Below are positions 56,538 to 64,000 of a stretch of 64,000 bases of DNA, piece after piece. The notes under the pieces were generated by a model that saw only the letters and a program-made list of their open reading frames with translations, ran no database searches and had not been told where the DNA came from. The translations under genes and the position numbers were made by a program. Where the stretch lies: contig OX597830.1 of assembly GCA_951406725.2 (NCBI GenBank), positions 15,314,001 to 15,378,000 on the forward strand, given 5' to 3'. The DNA is from Octopus vulgaris. Lineage: Eukaryota. Position 1 is the stretch's first letter; every line of letters begins with the position of its first letter.

Positions 56538-57212
56538 GGATACATCCATTCATAATTATATGCGCACACAAATGCATAATATGCTCATTACACAAATACG
56601 CATATAAATGCATATATGCATACATATATGTACGCAGACATAGATGCATGCTCTCATATACCATATACGCTTACATACATACATACATACATACATTCGT
56701 ACATATATATATATACATACATAAAAATTATTCCCTTTTCCGTTTCTTCTTTTGTTTGTGTGTTTTGTTTTTGTTGTTGTTGTTGTTTTTTTTGACAAAT
56801 ACAGACATTTTTCTATTTTAATGTTTTTCTTACTTTTCAAATTAAAAAAAAAAACAGCCAAGTTCATTTCTTTGAAGTTTTAAAAGCTGGCAAGTAAAAG
56901 CAAGTTTAGCAAGAAAGAACTGATATTCTGCAATATTTACAGACACAACTAAGAAAATTCACAAGACCTTCACAGAAGGAATTCTTTTACTTTTTCTTCC
57001 TCATATCTCTCTATACACAATTATCGATTTAAAAAATAATTTTCCAGTTTCTCTTTTTTTTCTTATCCTCCTCTTCTTCTCCTTCTTTTTCTTCGTCTTC
57101 TTTTTTCTTCTTGTTCTTCTGCTAGTTGTAAATGACGTATTGATTATTAAAATCGGCCAAGGAACTCTGCAGCTTGAGGTAGGACGGTGTAGCAGGATAG
57201 AAGAAAAAAAAT

Positions 57213-57712
<500 letters not shown>

Positions 57713-57919
57713 ATTAATATAGAGTTGAGGTGCAGAAAGAGAAAGAGGGTGGAAGAGGAGAGGCAGAAACGGTGGGATGGGGGGAGAAAACAATGATATA
57801 ATAACAATAATAATGATGATGATGATGATGATGATGATGATAACAATAATATATCTAGCATTTTAAAATGAAAGTAAATTAATAACAATGACAACGGCAA
57901 CAACGGTGACGGGGATTTC

Positions 57920-58609
57920 TATCATAAAGATGATGATGAAGGGGAGGAAGAAGAGGGTGGGAGTAGGAAGAGGATAGGATGGTGGTGATGGTGAGAACGA
58001 CGACGAAGATGGTAACAATGATGGTGATGATGATTATAATGGTGGAGTCGAAGGTGACGACGACGACGACGGTGGTAATGACGATGGTGATGATGATGAT
58101 GATGATGATGAGGAGGAGGAGGAGGAGGAGGAAAACTGGAAGAGGAGAAGGACGACGATCACGACAACGATGATGGTAATGATGATGACGACGACGGCGA
58201 CGATGATGATGATGATGATGATGCGACGATGGCGACGATGATGATGATGACGATGCTGATGACGACGATGATGATGACAATGATGATGATGAGGAGGAGG
58301 AGGAGGAAGAGGAGAAGGAAAAGGAGGAGGAGGAGGAGGAAGATGGTGATGAGGATGATGATGATGATAGTGATCATGGTCGTGGTCGTGGTGATGACGA
58401 CGACGATGGTTATGATGTTAATATTCATGATGGTGATGGCAAAGAAGAAGAAGAAAAAAAGAAAAAGAAGAGGACGATGTAAAGTAGGATAATGAGGAAG
58501 GTGATGATGATGATGATGATTATGATCGTAACATTAAACGTTAAATATGGCAGTGTTGATGTTGATGATGATGATGATGATGATGATGAAGCGGAGGACG
58601 ATGATGATA

Positions 58610-58644
<35 letters not shown>

Positions 58645-58956
58645 AATGATGATGATGATGATGATTCTGATGATGATGTTCACTAGTTAATGAGAAATGA
58701 GAATAGAAAAAGCAGGACGTGGCTGAAAATGACGATGGTCACCAAATCATTAACTTGATGGTACAACTGCGGACGATGATGGTGGTGATGATGGTGGTGG
58801 TGATGATAGTGGTGGTGGTGGTGGTGGCGGCGGTAGTAGTAGTGATGATGGTGGTGGTGGTGGTGGTGGTGGCGATGGTGGTAGTGATGATGGTGGTGGT
58901 GGTAGTGATGATGGTGGCGGTGGCGATGATGGTGGTGGTGGTGGTGGTGGTGGTGG

Positions 58957-58987
<31 letters not shown>

Positions 58988-59740
58988 GGTGGCGGCGGCG
59001 GTGGCGGCGGCGGTGGCGGCGGCGGTGGCGGCGGCGATGATTAATTCAATGATGATTACGATGATGATGATGATGATGATGATAATGATGATGGTAACGG
59101 TGACGGTGATAATCATGATGATGATGGTGATGACGATGATGATGAGATGGTAAGGAGGAGAAGACGACGATGTGGGGGTGGTGGCGATGATGGTGATGCT
59201 GGTGGTGCTGGTGGTGGTGCTGGTGGTGGTGCTGGTGGCGGTGAATATTAGGAGGCGTAGCACGACGACGACGACGATGATGATGATGATGGTTATGAGG
59301 AGGCTGAGACGGAATGGATGAAAGTGCTGGTGGAGATGTTAATGAAGAATTCTAAAAAATAATTGAAGCAGGAATAGATAAAAATATAAAAAAAAACAAC
59401 AACATTACTATGATAATAAAATAATATTAATAATAACGACAACAACAACAACTACAACAACAATAACAATAATATTTTCTTTATTATTTATAACAATAAA
59501 ATAATAATAACACAATAACACCATAACAAACAAAAAACAACCACGTTATCAAAAGTGATTTTGATGATGATCATTATCATCATCGTCATCATCGTCATCA
59601 TCATCATCATCATCATCAGCAGCATCACCGCAATCATCATCATCATCATCATCATTATCGACATCATCATTATCAGCATCATCATCATTATGGTTATCAC
59701 GACAATATCAACAACAACAACAACAACCAGAGCAACAAAA
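57920..59740. repeat. compound trinucleotide low-complexity region (GAT/GGT/GGC/GAG/CAT)
   Basis: Direct inspection. Confidence 0.9.
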
Positions 59741-59801
59741 ACAACAGTTTTAATGAAAAAATATATATATCAGTATATATAAATACATATATATATATAT
59801 G

Positions 59802-59936
<135 letters not shown>

Positions 59937-60262
59937 TTGTATATATATATATGTATATGTATGTATATGTATATGTATGTGTGCGTGTGTGTGTGTGAAT
60001 ATAAATATTGCACATAAATATAAAACATAAGAAAAATGAGGAAGATAAGAAAGGAAAGAAAGAAAGAAAGAAAGAAAGAAAGGAAAGAAGGAAAGAAAGA
60101 AGGAGAAAAAAAAAATTTTTGTATTTTAAAAAGTAAGAATACGATTGAAGTAAAATTTTCAGAGATATAAAAAATTAAAAATATATATATATATATATAT
60201 ATATATTTTTAAAAGTTATTTGGAAAAATAGAAAAATAAGAAGACCAAAAAAACAACAATAA

Positions 60263-60301
<39 letters not shown>

Positions 60302-60651
60302 AGAGGACAAAATTACAAAGAAAACTGCTGCAGGATCTGACAAGGCTGGTTGTTTTCCTTTCTTGCAGTTATTGCTTCTACCGTTTTTTGAAATATAGTT
60401 TGTTTGTTTTTTTTTGTTTTTTTTTGGTTTTTGGTTTTTTGGGGGGGTTTTTTTTTTATTATTTTGTTATTTTTTAAAATTTTTTTTAAATTTTTAATGT
60501 TGGTTGTTTGTTTGTTTTTTTTTTTATTTTAGTGTTTTTTAATGTTTGTTTTTTTTTTTTTTCAGTAATTTAAAAAAAATTTTTTTGTGCCTCTCTCTCT
60601 CTGTGAGTGTGTGTGTGTATGTGTGTGTGTGTAGAGCTCTCCATCTGTATC

Positions 60652-60688
<37 letters not shown>

Positions 60689-60707
60689 TTCTTCTCTTTC
60701 CTAACCC

Positions 60708-60738
<31 letters not shown>

Positions 60739-60822
60739 GCATATGCCTGTATGTGCTATGTTGGTGTGCGCGTGCGATTGTGTTAATATACATTTACATA
60801 CACACGTATCTACATATACATT

Positions 60823-60969
<147 letters not shown>

Positions 60970-61196
60970 GTATATATACATGTATATATACATACATATA
61001 TATATGTATATATACATGTATATATACATACATATATATATGTATATATATATATATATATATATGTTCTAAATTATATGCAAATGTACTTATGTATCTA
61101 AACACATATACATGCATGTATATACATACATATATTCATCTTTACCATATATACATATGCATAATTAAACAAATGCATATGTATGTATGTATGTAA

Positions 61197-61242
<46 letters not shown>

Positions 61243-61841
61243 ATATATGCGTGTGACTCAAATGCATTTTAAAAATATGTATACAATATACAAATACATA
61301 CACGTACATAACATGTTATGTACGTGTATACATGTACATACGTACGTACATATGTATATATGCGTGTTTACACATGTGTGGGTGGGTGTGTATGAATGTG
61401 TGTGTGTGTATGAATGTGTGTGTGTGTGTGTGTTTTGCTTCGTTACTTTTAATAACATTTTTTTCATTCTCCCCTCGTTTATAAAAATTTATTATCATTA
61501 TTTTCTATTTGCTTTTGTATTACTACTGTTCTTGTTGTTATTGCTGTTGTTATTATTTTTATTGTTATTATTAACATCATCAACACCGTCGCCTTGATCA
61601 GCATCATTATCATCATCAGCAGCAGCAGCAGCATCAGCAGTGGTAGCAGCGGTAGCAGCGGTAGCAGCGGTAGCAGCATTCTCATCATCGTCATCATAAT
61701 CACCATCATTTCATTATTGTGTATTACATTTTTGAAATTATATTTTTCGAAAAAAAAAATTTTTTTTTTCATCTTAATTTTCTGTTCTATATATTTTAAA
61801 AATATTCTTTCTGTTTTCTATGTTTCTGTTGTGTGTGTGTA

Positions 61842-61885
<44 letters not shown>

Positions 61886-62059
61886 TGTGTACAGGCTGGT
61901 TCTTTTGACACCAGGTCCTTTGTAGCGTGGGTTGAATGTATGTCTGTTGTATTTCTCAGTAACGTTGGGTTAGTTAGGAGAGGGCGGTTAAAGTATTATG
62001 ATAAACCACACAGCAATGGAGAGAGATGGAGATATGGAGAGAGCGAGAGAGAGAGAGAA

Positions 62060-62090
<31 letters not shown>

Positions 62091-62197
62091 AAGGAGTGAT
62101 GGAGGGTCAGAGTGGAATGGTGGGGGACAAGGAAAGTAAAGCTAGATCGTATTTAGAAAATAACAGTGTTGATGGCGGGGACGACGACGACGACGAC

Positions 62198-62251
<54 letters not shown>

Positions 62252-62909
62252 AGCGACATCAATGATGATGACAACGACGACGACGACGACGGCGATGACG
62301 CTGATGATGGTGATGAAGACGACGACGATGACACTAAATAATAGTAATGATGATGCTGATGATGCTGATGGGGAGGTTGATGGTGGTAGTGGTGGTGGTG
62401 GTGATAATAAACAATGCCAATAAGTTCTGTTGCCAGAAAAATGTTCCTCTCTGTTTAAGATTTTTTTTTTTTTGCTTCTGTTATTCATAATAAAAAGATT
62501 CCTTGTTTGAACTTCTACAATATCCAAGCAGAGCCGTGTAACAATTATATTCGCCATAGCTTTTTCTTACCGCTAAACAATACAGTCTGCAGAATTTGTT
62601 ACAATTAACAACACTGTCACAGCGGTGTTACAGTTAATGCAGTGGTGTTACAGCGAACGCAGTGGTGTTACAGTTGATACTCACCAGATATGTGTTACAG
62701 CCGACACCGATATGTTGCTAATTTTAACATTGTCCATAGGTTACAGTTAGCATCATTGAGACGTATTTTATCTACCAAGCAATCAATTCCAAAGACGATT
62801 ATCGCGAGGACATTTGTACGTCTATATTCCCTTTGTCTGTCCTTGTTTGTCCCCTCTATGTTTAGCCCCTTGTGGGTAATAAAGAAATATATATATATAT
62901 GCACATGCG

Positions 62910-63141
62910 AGGCGGCGAGCTGGCGGAGACGTTAGCAAGCCGGGTGAAATGCGTAGCCGTATTTCGTCTGTCGTTACGTTCCGAGTTCAAATTCCGCCGA
63001 GGTCGACTTTGCCTTTCATCAATTTCGGGGTCGATAAACTGAGTACCAGTTTCGCACTGGGGTCGATGTAATCGACTTAATCCCTTTGTCTGTCCTTGTT
63101 TGTCCCCTCTGTGTTTAACCCCTTGTGAGTAGTAAAGAAAT
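62910..63141 (+). mobile_element. SINE family B, full length, preceded by an isolated tail at 62828-62888
   Basis: Family match. Confidence 0.9.
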
Positions 63142-63346
63142 ATATATGCTCATCCTTACGAATAACCATGTCTATATTGTGTGTGTGTGTGTGTGTGTGT
63201 GTGTAAAGGTAAGATGCAAGGATCAAGCTGTAGGAAGTTAGTGAACTTTAAGCAATCCGTACAAGATATAAAAAAACAACTTTCAGGAACAACATTGGTT
63301 TATTGGCGCAGAAGGGTGTGTGTGCGCGCGTGTGTTTAGTTGTATA

Positions 63347-63725
63347 GGAGTGGCTGTGTGGTAAGTAGCTTGCTTACCAACCACACAGTCCGGGTTCAGT
63401 CCCACTGCGTGGCACCTTGGGCAAGTGTCTTCTACAAAGCCTTGTGAGTGGATTTGGTAGACGGAAACTGAAAGAAGCCCGTCGTGTATATGTATATTAT
63501 TATGTGTGTGTGTGTGTGTTTGTCTGTGTGTTTGTCCCCCAACATCGCTTGACAACCGATGCTGGTGTGTTTACGTCCCCGTAATTTAGTGGTCCAGCAA
63601 AAGAGACCGATACAATAAGTACTAGGCTTCCAAAAAATAAGTCCTGGGGTCGATTTGCTCGACTAAAGGCGGTGCTCCAGCATGACCACAGTCAAATGAC
63701 TGAAACAAATAAAAGCGTAAAAGAG
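63347..63725 (+). mobile_element. SINE family A with a short internal deletion
   Basis: Family match; lacks ctatagcctcgggccgacc. Confidence 0.9.
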
Positions 63726-63774
63726 TTGTTTGCATGTTACCATTCAAGTTTGCTCGGTGCCTTCCCGTTAAAAC

Positions 63775-63925
63775 AGTGGTCCCCATCCTTTAGTTGCCAA
63801 GGAAATCCTTTCAATTAAATTAAATAACACAACAGACCGGGAAATTTTGAAGGCAGTCCATGCAGCAGGAATACTATTTTTATGAAACCCCAGGGCTCGG
63901 CGGTCTTCAGGTTTAGAATCGTTGG
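63775..63925. mobile_element. possible decayed hAT MITE
   Basis: cagtggtccccatcctt.. / ..caggtttagaatcgttg resemble hAT termini; no TSD seen. Confidence 0.35.
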
Positions 63926-64000
63926 CCAAGGTAACGCTTTTATGTAGAATTCAATCAGCTTTATACGCTGCTCAGTTATGGACTTGTACAACAACATCAT

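Noticed and set aside
62627-62701. 19-bp tandem cagtggtgttacag repeat
   Set aside because: Ordinary short tandem duplication (3-4 units) with no further structure.

Overview
This is eukaryotic, AT-rich DNA saturated with microsatellites. Its SINE families and repeat density fit a coleoid cephalopod, probably Octopus (inference). No host protein-coding gene can be supported; nearly all ORF-track entries are translations of (TA)n, (CA)n, (TATG)n or trinucleotide repeats. Mobile elements present: four tRNA-derived SINE families, RTE- and CR1-like LINE 3' remnants (one with C2H2 fingers), mariner/Tc1 deletion derivatives (one nested), hAT and Merlin-like MITEs, a non-autonomous Helitron and several long foldbacks. 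An ~8.5 kb duplication (14724-23161 / 23262-31819) flanks a 100-N gap and is probably two uncollapsed haplotypes. The most unusual signal is a set of short, mostly microsatellite-embedded elements carrying Penelope-type minimal hammerhead ribozyme (HHR) motifs with family-specific cores: canonical, A6U, U4C and compensatory U3-A8. One of these is fused to a tRNA-like Pol III head. There is also a 376-bp TSD-flanked non-coding retroelement with a highly structured 5' end. All RNA structures were paired by eye and none was computed; SINE and remnant boundaries are approximate.
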